Assembly: GCA_951406725.2 (NCBI GenBank)
Contig: OX597821.1
Location: 109,864,001 to 109,928,000, forward strand
DNA length: 64,000 bases
Direction: 5' to 3'
Source: Octopus vulgaris
Lineage: Eukaryota
The notes beneath the pieces were generated by a model. That model made no database searches and was not told the DNA's origin. It worked only from the letters and a program-made list of their open reading frames with translations. Both the position numbers and the translations under genes were made by a program. Within the stretch, counting starts at the first letter, position 1, and each line of letters opens with the position of its first letter. Shown piece after piece: positions 27,940-41,405 of this stretch.

Positions 27940-28350
27940 ACAGAGGGGCAAAGTTATGTATCATCATAGAGATCAGCTGCCCTGCAGATATACATATCTC
28001 TTTGAAAATCGAATCAAAATATGACATCTATAAACAACTGCTTCGAAAGTTCCAGCTTCTATATCCAGACCCTGAATTCATATTCAAACCAATAATATTT
28101 GGAGCACTAAGTTTTGTTAGTAAATGCTTAAAGGAGAATCTGGATAAAGTGGGATTTTCAGATTGAGAAACTGACTGACTGATTCGTACATTACAAGGGC
28201 AATCTGTGAGTGGAACAGTAAAAATATGTAAGACATTTCTCAAGTTCCAAATGTGAATTTGTCTTTGTTAAATACATCCCCTTGTATCTTTGTTTGAAAC
28301 CGATTCCCTCCTCAGTGGAAGATTTATGATAATTAAAAAATATGAGAGAC
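27940..28350 (+). pseudogene. 3' end of an REL-endonuclease non-LTR retrotransposon (R4/Dong- or NeSL-like) in (CATA)n
   Basis: KLCIIIEISCPADIHISLKIESKYDIYKQLLRKFQLLYPD.EFIFKPIIFGALSFV...GTVKICKTFLKFQM*; 3' UTR ends in GACATACATACATAC. Confidence 0.8.
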
Positions 28351-28963
28351 ATACATACATACGAACATATGTGCGCACATGACTATAGGCAGTGAGGTAG
28401 AAACGTCGCAGCTTGAGGAGACAAAATCATTTTTACTGCACCGAGCTAAATAACGGAGAGAAGTTAACGCCCTTCACTCTGAGCTCGAGATTTAATTCAA
28501 ACTCAGACCCTTAATTTGTCCCATTATTAGTACTTATATCAAAGTGAGTCAAGGACCGAGATTTTCGATCCATTTAATCTATATTGTAATTTCAATATGG
28601 TGTTGTGAATAATTTTGATGATCTTCAGTTAACACGAATCTCAAATTTCCTTAATTAACCGACAGACATGTAAAATAGCGGTGCAAAGACATAAAAAAAT
28701 ATGCTACCAATTAAATTGAAGAATGGATCTGTCTTCCAGCTTAATGCCATCACTTGACATCCAGATGCCTAGGGCTGTGCCCAGTTTGTTGAAGGATTTC
28801 GAATCAGGCCATCAGTCCAAGGATAACACGATATTCCCCTATCCTGCTAACTACTGCACCAACTCCCGGGTTATAAGTTTATTCTCCTTCCTCTCACATG
28901 TGTGTGTACGTGTGTGTGCATGTGTCTGTGTATTTCTTTGTGCATCTGCGTACGTATGTGTAG

Positions 28964-29020
<57 letters not shown>

Positions 29021-29379
29021 ATTGTGTATCTGTCTGTGTGTGTGTGTAATGAAAAGATATAAATGAGAAAAGCACGAAACAAAGACAATGCATGGACATT
29101 GAACCTTCATCAGCTATCTCACACAGGACTCTGGTAGTTTTGTCGCTTTGAGATGGAAACGCTACACAAGTGATGACATCAAGCTAGTGGATAATGTTGT
29201 TGAGCAACTGACATCTATGTTTGAGTTTTCTTTGAGTTTAATTCATATTCTTCTCCAGAGATTCCAAGCCGGACGCTAATAAGGCGACAAGACGTTTTTA
29301 ATTAGGAGAGTTCCCAGTGTTTGTAAATATTTGTGTTGATGCATTGGTTGAGTTGTCGTTGCATACATTCAAGTGTGTG

Positions 29380-29714
29380 CAACTATTCCCATAAGAATCT
29401 CAGATGGAACGTCTTACAACTCTTCACTGTGACACTAATTCATTTGATTTGGAGAATCCGTGTCAGTTTCTTTTGCTCTTTCTCAGCGAGACCGAGTAAT
29501 TTTAGGTTTTTGTGCAAATTTCTTGGTACCTATGACGATAGGTAGAAATGAAGATCCATAGTTAGAGTACAGGAACTATAAGTTCCGCATTAATTCGCCA
29601 TAAATGTTCTCTTTTTCCTGAATTTTTGAATGTACTTTTATATCCGTTCCTCAGCTGACCTCTACAACTGTGCATGACTTTTATTCCCTGTCTCACACAA
29701 TATCAGGTCTGTTG

Positions 29715-29716
<2 letters not shown>
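29380..29716 (-). pseudogene. Older REL-LINE endonuclease fragment
   Basis: HNRPDIV.DRE.KSCTVVEVS..DIKV..KIQEKENIYGELMRNL, with stops. Confidence 0.65.
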
Positions 29717-29757
<41 letters not shown>

Positions 29758-29794
29758 ATGTATGTATGTATGTATGCAGATTTGTATGTTTAAT

Positions 29795-30269
29795 GTATGT
29801 ATTCTTAGGTACATAGTTACATATCTAAACATGCACATATATATTTAAATGATAAACTTCTCGAAGGTTTTACAGATTTCTTACAGTTCCAGTGATGGAT
29901 TGGATCTGTAGTCATCGAATTAGCTTTCTCCTTTCTGGTTTAGAGAAGCTTAATTTCTGAAGGTTGGTATTTAGACAGCGTGTTACATATCCCAGAGAAC
30001 CAATAATTACAGGTATAAACCCGAACTTGTAATCTGGATAGAGTAACTGCAGATTCTTCAACAGTTCAACATAGTTGTTCTCTTTTTCACTGATCTTCAG
30101 TTTTATGCTAACATCCGCTGGGCAGCTAGTTTCTACAATTGTGCCCAGTTTCTCTTCTCTATCCCAAATCAATATATAAGGTCTGTTGTGCTTACATTTT
30201 ATTGAGGTCTTCGCTGGTACATTCCACCAGTTTTCCTTTTTATTATGAGTGGCTATGGCTTCTAGCGTT
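29795..30269 (-). pseudogene. REL-LINE 3' fragment in (TATG)n
   Basis: WWNVP..TSIKCKHNRP(Y/D)ILIWDREEK.GTIVETSCPADV.I..KISEKENNY..L...LQLLYPDYKF.FIPVIIGSLG (PD..D/ExK-type REL domain), followed by stop and UTR. Confidence 0.85.
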
Positions 30270-30737
30270 ATGTATGTATGTATGTATGTATGTATGTATG
30301 TATGTATGTATGTATGTATGTATGTATGAATGTATGTATGCATGTATGTATCTATGTATCTATGTGTGTATGTATGTATGAATGTATGCACATGAATGTA
30401 AGTATAGATATGTATATATGGTTATATGCGTGTGTGCGTTGGCAGCTTGGCAGAATCGTTAACACAACAGTTAAGATCACTTGAGATATTTGTTCCGGCT
30501 CTCAGCTTCCTGAGTTCATATCCTGATCTGCTCAACCTTGTCTCCCAAGGACCCCTCTCCTTCTTCTTCTAACTGTTCCTCAATCTCACTCTCTCACTCC
30601 CTCTCCCCCATTCTAGTGGTAGAAATCGTTTGTATTTAACCCCGCGAAAGAGATGGGGATATGGGCTGCCTAAAGCCAAGTCGTTTAATACGACGGTGTC
30701 TCTACGCCCCAATCAGAGTTTGAAATCCATACTCCTC

Positions 30738-30779
<42 letters not shown>

Positions 30780-30849
30780 CTACATATATATAAATATATG
30801 TTCATTTCACTTTATAATTTTCATTTTTCACGGGCAACCTGCTTCATAG

Positions 30850-31060
30850 GTTGTGAAGGAAAGCATCTTGTTTTGTTCTTGAAAGATTTAAATCGAACGA
30901 ATCGACGCCAGTACATTTTTAAAATCCTGACATTTATCCAATCCGACCCTTTTACCGAACCGCTAAGCTGAAGGAACATAAAGATGCCAACACCGGTCCT
31001 CAAGTAGTTGTGTGAGACAAACACGCACACACGCACGCACGCACAAACACACGCGCACAC

Positions 31061-31145
<85 letters not shown>

Positions 31146-31280
31146 TATACGACGTGCTTCTTTCAGTTTCTGTCTACCAAATTCACTCACAAGGCTTTAG
31201 TCGGCCCAAGGTGTCACGCAGTGACACTGAACCCGGGACCATGTGGTTTCGGAAGCAAGCTTCTTACCATACAGCCACTC
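30850..31280 (-). mobile_element. SINE family A
   Basis: Family A blocks with a long internal (CA)n. Confidence 0.75.
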
Positions 31281-32243
31281 ACACACACAGAGGGAGAGAA
31301 CAAGACAGAGAGACAGACAAGCAGACAGACAGACGGAGATATGAAACAGAGGGAAAGAGAGCGAAAGAGACAGGCAGAGAGGGAAAGAGAGAGATAAAGT
31401 CGTGACTTTGATAATTATATTCCAATTAGTCTGCCGCCAACAGCAATTCACGTCCACTTTAATTCCTGAAATAGTTTCTGCAAAACACGGATATGGAATT
31501 CTGTTTCATATACGATTCCGCAAATTGAAAAGAGAAAGAGAATGCGAAACAGCATCGAAGAGAAAAAAAAAAGAGAAAAACCGTTTTTTTTTTTTTTTTT
31601 TGCCTTTTCATAAATTCTTTAAATTTATCTTTACTTCTTTTAGTTTCTCAAGGGTTTGAATGTTATCCCAGAATCTAAACAAGGTTCCAGATTTGGCCTG
31701 CCAAAGAGAATACTTCTCTGTTTCACTATTATCTCGAATGCACACCATACTAACCAAAGCAGCCACACAAATCATAAACCCTGGCTCTCGAAGCAAACAA
31801 CCACAGTTCCAGCCTGGCATAATATTTCAAAACTAACAAACAGCGCTAACAGTATCAAGCAAGCTGTCTCCTCAAACTGTTTGCATCTGATTTCACATTG
31901 TTTACTAAAAACGTATATTTTATAAGAGTATCGTTTGATAAGCCCAAACATAGCCAAAAGCACTTTGTTATAGGAAATATATACAGTCTGGCGTGGCAAT
32001 GACCAGGCTTGTTTAGAACTTGTTACATTGATTCCAATACATACATACATACATACATACATACATACATGCATGCATGCATACATACATACATACATGC
32101 ATGCATACAGGCATACATACATAATACATAATACATGCATTCATACATTATACATTCACACGGGCATGTGTGCGTATCACAAAAACCATTGAAAGGCGAT
32201 ATATATATGTATACATACATACACGCATATATATGTATATGTG

Positions 32244-32306
<63 letters not shown>

Positions 32307-32324
32307 TTCTTACTATTTCTATCA

Positions 32325-32373
<49 letters not shown>

Positions 32374-32417
32374 TAGATAGATAGTTGCATACATACATAT
32401 ATTATATACATATATGC

Positions 32418-32460
<43 letters not shown>

Positions 32461-32675
32461 CATATGTATGTATAATATATATCTATATGTATATATACAT
32501 ATACATACATATATATATATATATTTATATAATACTGATATAGAATGAGCGATATATGTGTGTATCTATACACACGCACACACACGCACACACACGCGCA
32601 CACACACACCCACACACGCACTTACACACATATACATGCTTATGAAAAATACTCAATGTGTAGAATTTATATATA

Positions 32676-33402
32676 CAGTAATCCCTCGCCATATCAGTTC
32701 ACTTATCGCGATTTACCTATCGTGGTTCACGTATCACGGTTCACCTATCGCGGTTTATTATTTAAGCCTACGTCGATTCCTCCGTCGTGTTGTTTTACAT
32801 TTATAATAATATAAACATATACAAATTATAAAATAATAAAAATATATACATTATATATATATAGACGCAGGAGTGGCTTGTGGTAAGTAGCTTGCTAACC
32901 AACCACATGGTTCCGGGTTCAGTCCCACTGCGTGGCATCTTGGGCAAGTGTCTTCTACTATAGCCCCGGGCCGACCAATGCCTTATGAGTGGATTTGGTA
33001 GACGGAAACTGAAAGAAGCCCGTCGTATATATGTATATATATATATGTGCGTGTGTGTTTGTGTGTCTGTGTTTGTCCCCCTAGCATTGCTTGACAACCG
33101 ATGCTGGTGTGTTTATGTGTCCGTTACTTAGCGGTTCGGCAAAAGAGACCGATAGAATAAGTACTGGGCTTACAAAAGAATAAGTCCCGGGGTCGAGTTG
33201 CTCGATTACAGGCGGTGCTCCAGCATGGCCGCAGTCAAATGACTGAAACAAGTAAAAGAGTAAAAAGAGTAAAGAGTACAGTACTGTTTATGCTTCGCGA
33301 ATTATCACCTATCGCGGGTGGGGGGGGGACGTAACGCCCGTGATAGTCAAAAGATTGCAGTGAGCTTGGAACATAACACCCGCGATAGTTGAGGGACTTT
33401 TC
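32676..33402. mobile_element. Tigger/pogo-like MITE interrupted by SINE A
   Basis: TA-CAGTAATCCCTCG left end, repeated TTCACCTATCGCG motifs, right end CGCGATAGTTGAGGGAC. Confidence 0.55.
32863..33276 (+). mobile_element. SINE family A, full-length young copy
   Basis: A box TGGTAAG, B box GGTTCAGTCCC, CORE-like GTGGCATCTTGGGCAAGTGTCTT, internal (TA)/(TG), tail hairpin CAGTCA-AA-TGACTG, (AAAAGAGT)n end; very similar to 36401-36803. Confidence 0.9.
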
Positions 33403-33477
33403 AATATTGCTTAAAGCAGATTTTTCTTCAGTCTTTATTCTGATTTTTTTTTTTTACATTAAAACATGGTTTAGATC

Positions 33478-33897
33478 AGGGTTTCTCAACCGGGACCATA
33501 TGGCCGCTGAGAGTTTATATAAGATATTTAGGGGTCCACGCATCAAAATAGTTGATCGGGGATCCACAACAGTATTTTAAGGGCCCCTAAAAAATCTTTG
33601 CTCTGGATGTAATTATTGAAAGAAACAGCCTGGTTTTGTTTTCTCCAAAACATTTTACACAGTTCAACCTACACAAGTTAATGTGTGAAGGACAAAATAA
33701 CAAAATGGAAAAAAAAAATTCTATGAAACTAGATTCTTGTGGCTGTGTGGTAAGTAGCATGCTTACGAACCACATGGTTCCAGGTTCAGTCCTACTGCGT
33801 GACATCTTGGGCAAGTGTCTTCTACTATAGCTTCGGGCCAACCAAAGCCTTGTGAGTGTATTTGGTAGACAGAAACTGAAAGAAGCCCGTCGTATCT

Positions 33898-33937
<40 letters not shown>

Positions 33938-34238
33938 ATGTTTGTGTGTCTGTGCTTGTCCCACCAACATCGCTTGACAACCAATGCTGGTGTGTATACG
34001 TTCCCGTAACTTAGCGGTTCGGTCAAAGAGACCGATAGAATAAGTACTAGGCTTACAAAGAATAAGACCTGGGGTCGATTTGCTTGACTAAAGGCGGTGC
34101 TCCAGCATGGCCGCAGTCGAATGACTGAAACAAGTAAAAGAGTAAAAGTGTTAAGAGTATCGAATGAGGGTCTACCAGAATAAATTAATAACCAAAGGGG
34201 ACCATAGATGAAAAAGAAAATAAGTGGTTGAGAACTCC
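33478..34238 (+). mobile_element. hAT/Charlie-like MITE interrupted by SINE A (33738-34150)
   Basis: TIRs CAGGGTTTCTCAACC and GGTTGAGAACTCCT; the two halves are contiguous with the 24855 copy once the SINE is removed. Confidence 0.7.
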
Positions 34239-34374
34239 TAAGTTTACATTTAACCAAAACACATTCAATTAGTCATTCATTTTATTACCGATAACCACAT
34301 TCCGAACTTTAATGCGTACATAATATTGCTGTATGAGAACGTCTCATAAATTTACATGCTTTTGGATCAATGTC

Positions 34375-34830
34375 CTTTCTACTAAAAGCACAAGGGCTGA
34401 AACTTCGGGGAAGGGTTGTAGTCGATTACATCGACCCCAGTGTTTCATTGGTACTCAGTTTATCGACCCCGAAAGGATGAAAGGTAAAGGTGAACTCGAC
34501 AGAATTTGAACTCAGAACGTAGCGACGGACGAAATGCCTCTAAGCATTCTGCCCGGCGTTCTAACGTTTCTGCCAGCTCGCCGACTCAATAATAATAATA
34601 ATAACAACAACAACAGCAATAATAATAATAATAATAACAACAACAACAACAATAATAATAATAATATACATTTATAATATAATGTTATTTTTTATATATA
34701 TATGAGCATTATATTTGCATTATATATAAAATTTGAACTCGGCGGAATTTGAACTCAGAGCGTAGAAGCAGGTACAATGAAGCTAAGCATTTTGTCCATC
34801 GTGCTAACGATTCTGCCAGCTTGCCGCCTC
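34375..34830 (-). mobile_element. SINE family B (34375-34590) plus head fragment (34730-34830)
   Basis: Family B consensus blocks. Confidence 0.75.
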
Positions 34831-35753
34831 ATCTTCACTTATAAAAAACAAAACAAAAAAAAAAAAAACAATTTCACATTAATCTGATGGGTTCGTCTAT
34901 ACTTTTGTAGAGTATAAATTTATTATTTTTAACGTAGAATATAACTGACAGTGACTTCTAAGTTCCGGTTAGCTAAGCCGTCGTCGGACTGCTGACGATG
35001 GCTTCACTGGCGGAAACTTCGAAGACACATATGTGTGTGTGTGTGTGTTTGTGTGTGTATGTGTGTATACACATGTCCGCACACATACAAACGTTTATTA
35101 TTACAGTATACCGTAACATGCAGTTGATAATAAACAAAAGTTTATTGTATTCTACAAGCTAGCATCAAATTCCAGTTTACATTATGCGTGTTCTCGCTCA
35201 CACACACACACATACACACACACACACACACACACTCAAACATACGTATATACATATAAATCTACTTTCAGTTGAAATTACATAGATTCGGTATTTATAT
35301 ACGAGATAAATTTATATAATCGTTAAATAAGTATGTTAACAATATAAAACTTCTTGACATTAGCGGCTTTTGGTATTTACATACGAGATAAATAATATTA
35401 CCATAGCATTAGTTATGTTGATAAAAATATATAATTTTTAGGCGTTAGCGGTTTCAACCCTTGATGCGTAAAAGGTGAAACTAATAGTTGTAGTATATGT
35501 AATTTGAACTTACAGGGAAATTTCTAACGTGCCCAATCACATTGTAATGTTTTCTTTGCACTTTTCGATTATCTATCGTTGTGTATCTAAACACACTAGT
35601 GCAGACACACATACGCACAAACGTACGTACGTATATTTTGTGGGTCAAATATCATAAGGATTTTTTGAAATTTTAATAATCTTTTTAATTACTTTTGTAA
35701 TTTGCGGGATGTAATTTTTCACACTTAGCCTACCGTTATTTCTTACACACACA

Positions 35754-35784
<31 letters not shown>

Positions 35785-36025
35785 GCGCACACAAACACAT
35801 AAACACGCGCGCGTATAAACGCACGCACACTCACATACATATGCAACGATGTGCGAATTCTGTGTAAATTAGGAAACGGCGACGAACGAAATTTTCCAAA
35901 ATACAAACATAAGCCTTTATCCCGTATTGATTATAGTTGTTTGGCCAACATAGAATGAAGTCTTATAATTCTAATTTTCATATATATATATAGTAGAAAA
36001 TAAAAAAGTTCTTGGTACTGTATAA

Positions 36026-36137
36026 TATATTTGAAAAAATGAGTGGAGGTGGCTTTGTTGGGGGGATAATTTTTATTCTAATTATATTATGATTAAATAA
36101 AAATTATACCCCCAAAGCCATCTCTACACATTATTTC

Positions 36138-36146
<9 letters not shown>
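36026..36146. repeat. Imperfect inverted repeat with about 55-bp arms, MITE-like
   Basis: TATATTTGAAAAAATGAGTGGAGGTGGCTTT..GGGGGATAATTTTTATT versus AATAAAAATTATACCCCCAAAGCCATCTCTACACATTATTTCATAATATA. Confidence 0.75.
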
Positions 36147-36198
<52 letters not shown>

Positions 36199-36235
36199 GT
36201 TCGAATGAAATTGTTTTTTATATATAATTTTTATT

Positions 36236-36285
<50 letters not shown>

Positions 36286-36400
36286 GGAAAATACGCACAC
36301 TTACATGGTTTCAATATAATTTTTAATTTCTTATATACATTACAACCCATCACGTGGGGATAATCGAAATACCTCTTTTCTGTTATACTATATATATATA

Positions 36401-36801
36401 GGCGCAGGAGTGGCTGTGTAGTAAGTAGTTTGCTTACCAACCACATGGTTCCGGGTTCAGTCCCACTGCGTGGCATCTTGGGCAAGTGTCTTCTGCTATA
36501 GCCCCGGGCCGACCAATGCCTTGTGAATGGATTTGGTAGACGGAAACTGAAAGAAGCCTGTCGTATATATGTATATATATATATATGTGTGTGTGTATGT
36601 GTTTGTGTGTCTGTCTTTGTCCCCCTAGCATTGCTTGACAACCTATGCTGGTGTGTTTACGTCCCCGTCACTTAGCAAAAAGACCGATAGAATAAGTACT
36701 GGGCTTACAAAGAATAAGTCCCGGGGTCGATTTGCTCGACTAAAGGCGGTGCTCCAGCATGGCCGCAGTCAAATGACTGAAACAAGTAAAAGAGTAAAAG
36801 A

Positions 36802-36803
<2 letters not shown>
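36401..36803 (+). mobile_element. SINE family A, full length
   Basis: Same blocks as 32863-33276; TA-rich flanks. Confidence 0.9.
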
Positions 36804-36835
<32 letters not shown>

Positions 36836-36875
36836 TTTACTCTATATATATATATATACATACATACATTCATAC

Positions 36876-36907
<32 letters not shown>

Positions 36908-37989
36908 TAACAATAAAGCAAAAAAAGTATGAAAGACAAGATTTGAACTCAGAATGCGGATAGCCATAATATCGCAATACATTCATTCCGATGCTCTATC
37001 GACTCAACCAATCAACCGCTTTGGACTAGCACTTTACTAACCAATTAAAAAATAAATAAAGGAAGACATAGTTTACCTAGGCAGGATTTGAACTGAGAAT
37101 GAAGATAGCCAAAATGCTACTAAACATTGGTTCCAACTTTCTACCGACTCTACAAATTCACCTCTAAGGAACGACACTTTATTGATCTGGTGAGATTGGA
37201 ACTCATAATGCAAAAGATGCTCCACCGACTTAACAAATCAACCACTTTGGAATCTCGTTCTGGCACTTTATTAATCAAACCCCGAAAAAGAAAAAAAGAA
37301 AAAAGATAAAAAGGAGGAGGCAAAGTTGATTTTGGTGGAATTCGAACTCAAAATGCAGAGAGTCATAACATGTAACCACAGAACGTTCATTCGCTCACTC
37401 TACCAGCTCTTCCAGGTTAACACAGTATTGTTCCCTCCCACACATCCTTCCCACACATCCTTCGTAATAACAGATATTGTTCTGGACTCCAACGTAGGGT
37501 TCGTTTTAATCTCACTAAAACATCTTTGTACACGAAACACGTATTTTTATATGTATACTTCACCCAGTTTCATGTCCGTTTATTATTATCATTAATATTA
37601 TCATCATCATCATTATTCATTTAGAATATCTAATTTTCTTTTATATTTTTTAAATGTAAATGTCACACCACATCAATCTGTATAGAAACCCTCCAGTGTT
37701 TATATTATTACTGAATGGGAGATAACGCTTCAAGGGATTAGCGTCTCTCCCGTTTCACACCGACCACCTGCATATCTCTGCGACCAGGCGTGTTAACCAA
37801 CAATAATTTCCTTATTCTCTTCTAGAAAACAAGTGCATTATGCAACCTCATTTACGAATGCACAAAGACATATACTTGTGCTAACACATTCACATTATAT
37901 ACCCACACAGGCACACAAGCGTATACACATTCACACATACACACATACAGACAGACAGCAACCCATGTGCATACATACATACATATATG

Positions 37990-38357
37990 TATGGTTAGGG
38001 CAGCGGACTCGCGGTCATAGGATCGCGGTTTCGATTCCCAGACCGGGCGTTGTGAGTGTTTATTGAGCGAAAACACCTAAAGCTCCACGAGGCTCCGGCA
38101 GGGGATGGTGGTGATCCCTGCTGTACTCTTTCACCACAACTTTCTCTCACTCTTACTTCCTGTTTCTGTTGTACCTGTATTTCAAAGGGCCGGCCTTGTC
38201 ACTCTCTGTGTCACGCTGAATATCCCCGAGAACTACGTTAAGGGTACATGTGTCTGTGGAGTGCTCAGCCACTTACACGTTAATTTCACGAGCAGGCTGT
38301 TCCGTTGATTCGGATCAACCGGAACCCTCGTCGTCGTAACCGACGGAGTGCTTCCAC
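37990..38357 (+). mobile_element. SINE family C-prime (family C head and body, different tail)
   Basis: TGGTTAG..GGTTTCGATTCCCAGACCGGGCG..GAGCGAAAACACCTAAAGCTCCACG is shared with 14134-14451; the tail is shared with 4365-4475. Confidence 0.8.
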
Positions 38358-38598
38358 ATATATGAATCTATACATGTACGTGTAAGAGTATATACAGGCG
38401 CAGGAGTGGCTATGTGGTAAAACGTTTGCCTCCCAACCACATGGTTTCGGGTTCAGTCCCACTGCGTGGCACTTTGCCCATCAGAGAAGTTAGTTCACTA
38501 CTGCTCCTCTCAGCCTCTCCTTCACTGTCCCTTCCCTTTGCCCTTTTCTCCTCTCTCTCTCTCTCGCTCTCTCTTTGTTTCACTTCCACTCTCTGTCG

Positions 38599-38669
<71 letters not shown>

Positions 38670-38910
38670 CATATTTACAACCGGTTTGAGTGTATAAAAC
38701 ATCAATATGAAATTTAAATACATTTAAAATGTAAATAAATTTGACGTCATCCATAGCATTAAATCGCATTCGCTCAATCTGGCAATGAGGAAATGAACAC
38801 TAAGTTTCATAAGACTAATATTTATTACGTTTATGTAAGATTCCTGATGTGAAACCATGTGTTGAAACAGAATGGACAAAGCGGAGCCTGAGCACAAGCA
38901 AGGACGGAAA

Positions 38911-38957
38911 TTGTCGCTGAAGAGGTCACAGATGTGTGACGAAAGATTCACGGACAA
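38911..38957 (+). ncRNA. Hammerhead motif homologous to 8002-8041 (cleavage site degenerate)
   Basis: TTGTCG-CTGAAGA-G-GTCACA-GATG-TGTGAC-GAA-AGATTC-A-CGGACAA; downstream AATATATAGTGCGTG is shared with the 8 kb copy. Confidence 0.65.
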
Positions 38958-39199
38958 TAGACATGAGTTAAAATATGAATAGTAATAAACGAGTGCAGAA
39001 CGAATATATAGTGCGTGGGTTTATTTGTCAAAAGAAAATGACCGTTCCGAAATATAACAATAATATTTATTACCTTAAGATAAAATGAAGTAAGACAAAT
39101 TCCTTGTATTTGTGTTCATAAAGCGTTCCTTTACGCATTGCCTGCTACCAAGTTTCGCATATAATATGGTCCTGTGGATAGATAAAACGTACAATATAT

Positions 39200-39345
39200 A
39201 ATATGATGAGGTTCAAAACGATACAAAAAGCAAAAGACAACAACAGGTGAGGAAACAAGAAACAGGATGTATTAGTTTCACGCCCAAGAAAAATTAAAAA
39301 AGTCTTTGACGTTTCGAGCCTACGGTCATCAACGGAAAGGGATAA
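39200..39345 (-). mobile_element. H2 element, HHR-like motif at 39303-39340
   Basis: Minus strand CCTTT-CCGTTGA-T-GACC-GTAG-GCTC-GAA-ACGT-C-AAAGA. Confidence 0.7.
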
Positions 39346-39639
39346 ACAATATATACTGACTTTATTAACGTTGAATAACGGGAAAATACGACGTGTAGCT
39401 AAGTTTGTGTGCAGAAATGTATGAGAAAACTCATCCACGTGGTATATAGGTATGTTTCACTGTATGTATGTGTGTGTCTGTCTGTGCGCGCGCATTGATA
39501 TAAATTTGAACCAGGGCTGGACTAAACTCTTGGCGTTTGTCGGATCTGCCCTGCGAGAAGAGCAGTACACTTCGTAAGCTTAATCTATGTCTTTCTTTTA
39601 AACAACGAGTTACGTAATTCCAGGAGGGACATCAAGGGC

Positions 39640-39755
39640 ATGAACCTCTTCAATCTGCGAGATAGTCCAGACCCCACCCCACCGCCACCCTTCCTCGTTA
39701 ACTATATTGAGAAATGCAGAAAAAAAAATGAAGAAAAACAGGCGGTACCGGTGAC
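39640..39755 (+). CDS. Candidate coding exon of an unidentified host gene (MNLFNLRDSPDPTPPPPFLVNYIEKCRKKNEEKQAVPVT)
   Basis: Non-repetitive island with an open frame and a perfect donor AC|GTAAGT at 39756; possible acceptor TTCCAG at 39623 or ATG at 39640. Confidence 0.45.
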
Positions 39756-39848
39756 GTAAGTCGAATTTTAATTCGGTGGAACTGGTGGGAAACCGTTCGA
39801 ACTAATTCACCTGATCCCTCATGTCAATAGCTCGTTGTCTATTGGCAT

Positions 39849-39912
<64 letters not shown>

Positions 39913-40131
39913 AACTACTACTACCACTACTACAGATAATACTATATGTGCTGCTACTGCTAATACTACATGTGCGTTTGTGTTTGTATATACAAAAATA
40001 CATTTGTATATACACATGCATATGTGTGAGTGTATATATAGACATAGATATAGATATAGATATATATACATATATACATACATACATATATATATATGTA
40101 TATATATATTTATATATATTTATATGTATGT

Positions 40132-40179
<48 letters not shown>

Positions 40180-40184
40180 ATATG

Positions 40185-40251
<67 letters not shown>

Positions 40252-40332
40252 ATAAGTTTATATCTTATATAGACTTTCTACTATTGATGTATGACTAATT
40301 AAATCACAAAGAGGATACGATCTATGTGAAAA

Positions 40333-40376
<44 letters not shown>

Positions 40377-40682
40377 GTATATGTGTGCATGCGTGCTTCT
40401 GTGTTTATATGTATGGCAACCAAGAAAGGAAGGAAAAGAGAAAAAGAAAAAGGGAGAAAGAAGAGAAATGACGTAAGAAACAAGGGTGTCTATTACCCTA
40501 ATTAACTGTTGTTTTTGTTGTTGTTGTTGCTGTTGATATAGGTCCTCTTTCTTCCTAATCCTCTTCATTTTCATTACCGTATATTTTTCCCTTTTCTTTT
40601 TTTTTTTGTTTTTTTCCTTTTTTACTCCTCGATGCTGGAATGTTGCGGTAACGGATGAAGTCAGCAATTGGTTTCGACTTAC

Positions 40683-40712
40683 AAAATATCCTCTGTCCTC
40701 TCCGCCCGCCAT
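40683..40712 (-). CDS. Candidate first coding mini-exon (MAGGEDRGYF)
   Basis: AAG-ATGGCGGGC start context (also a YY1-type AAGATGGCGG motif) in a CpG-rich island, followed by the perfect donor GTAAGT. Confidence 0.3.
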
Positions 40713-41019
40713 CTTAATGGCGACGGCGATTGACTAAAATGGACAAGGTCTCCCTCTATCCCCCTCTCTTTCTCTCTCTCTCTCTCATGTAACACTATAT
40801 AAACTGTATTATTTTGTTTAGTTTTACATAAAAGTTGTTTATCCAACTTTTACATCTGTTTTATGTACGTAATTTTCGTTTATTATCGTTTATTTATATC
40901 TAATGGCAAACGCATGAAGACAGATACACAAAGACGCTCAAGCACGAACGATGCGCAATCATACATGATGTAATTATACAGCTCGCGGCAGAAAAACCTT
41001 CAAGATTTTTAAACGGCCG

Positions 41020-41374
41020 TCAGTTTGGTGTTTGTAAAGTTAGGCCATTTGTATTGGCATCTATATACACTTAAAGTTTTGCCGTTTTTATTACGGAGAC
41101 ACACACACACAAACACCAACACTGGCTGTCAAGCAGTGGTAGGGAACAGAAATACACACACACACGCACACACATACACGCACACGACGGGCTTCTTTTA
41201 GTTTCTGTCTAGTAAATTCATTCACAAAGCTTTGGTTTTCCCGAGCCTATTGTTCAAGACACGTGACCAAGTTGCCACGCAGTGGAAATGAACCTGGAAC
41301 CATGTGACTGGAAATCAAACCTTCATCCCCCATTCTCCTCCTGCTCCTCCGCTTCCCCTTCTCCTGCTCCTCCC

Positions 41375-41405
<31 letters not shown>

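Noticed and set aside
34985-35030. CTGACGA-TGGC..GGCG-GAAAC
   Set aside because: Stem II mismatched and no cleavage triplet or stem I.
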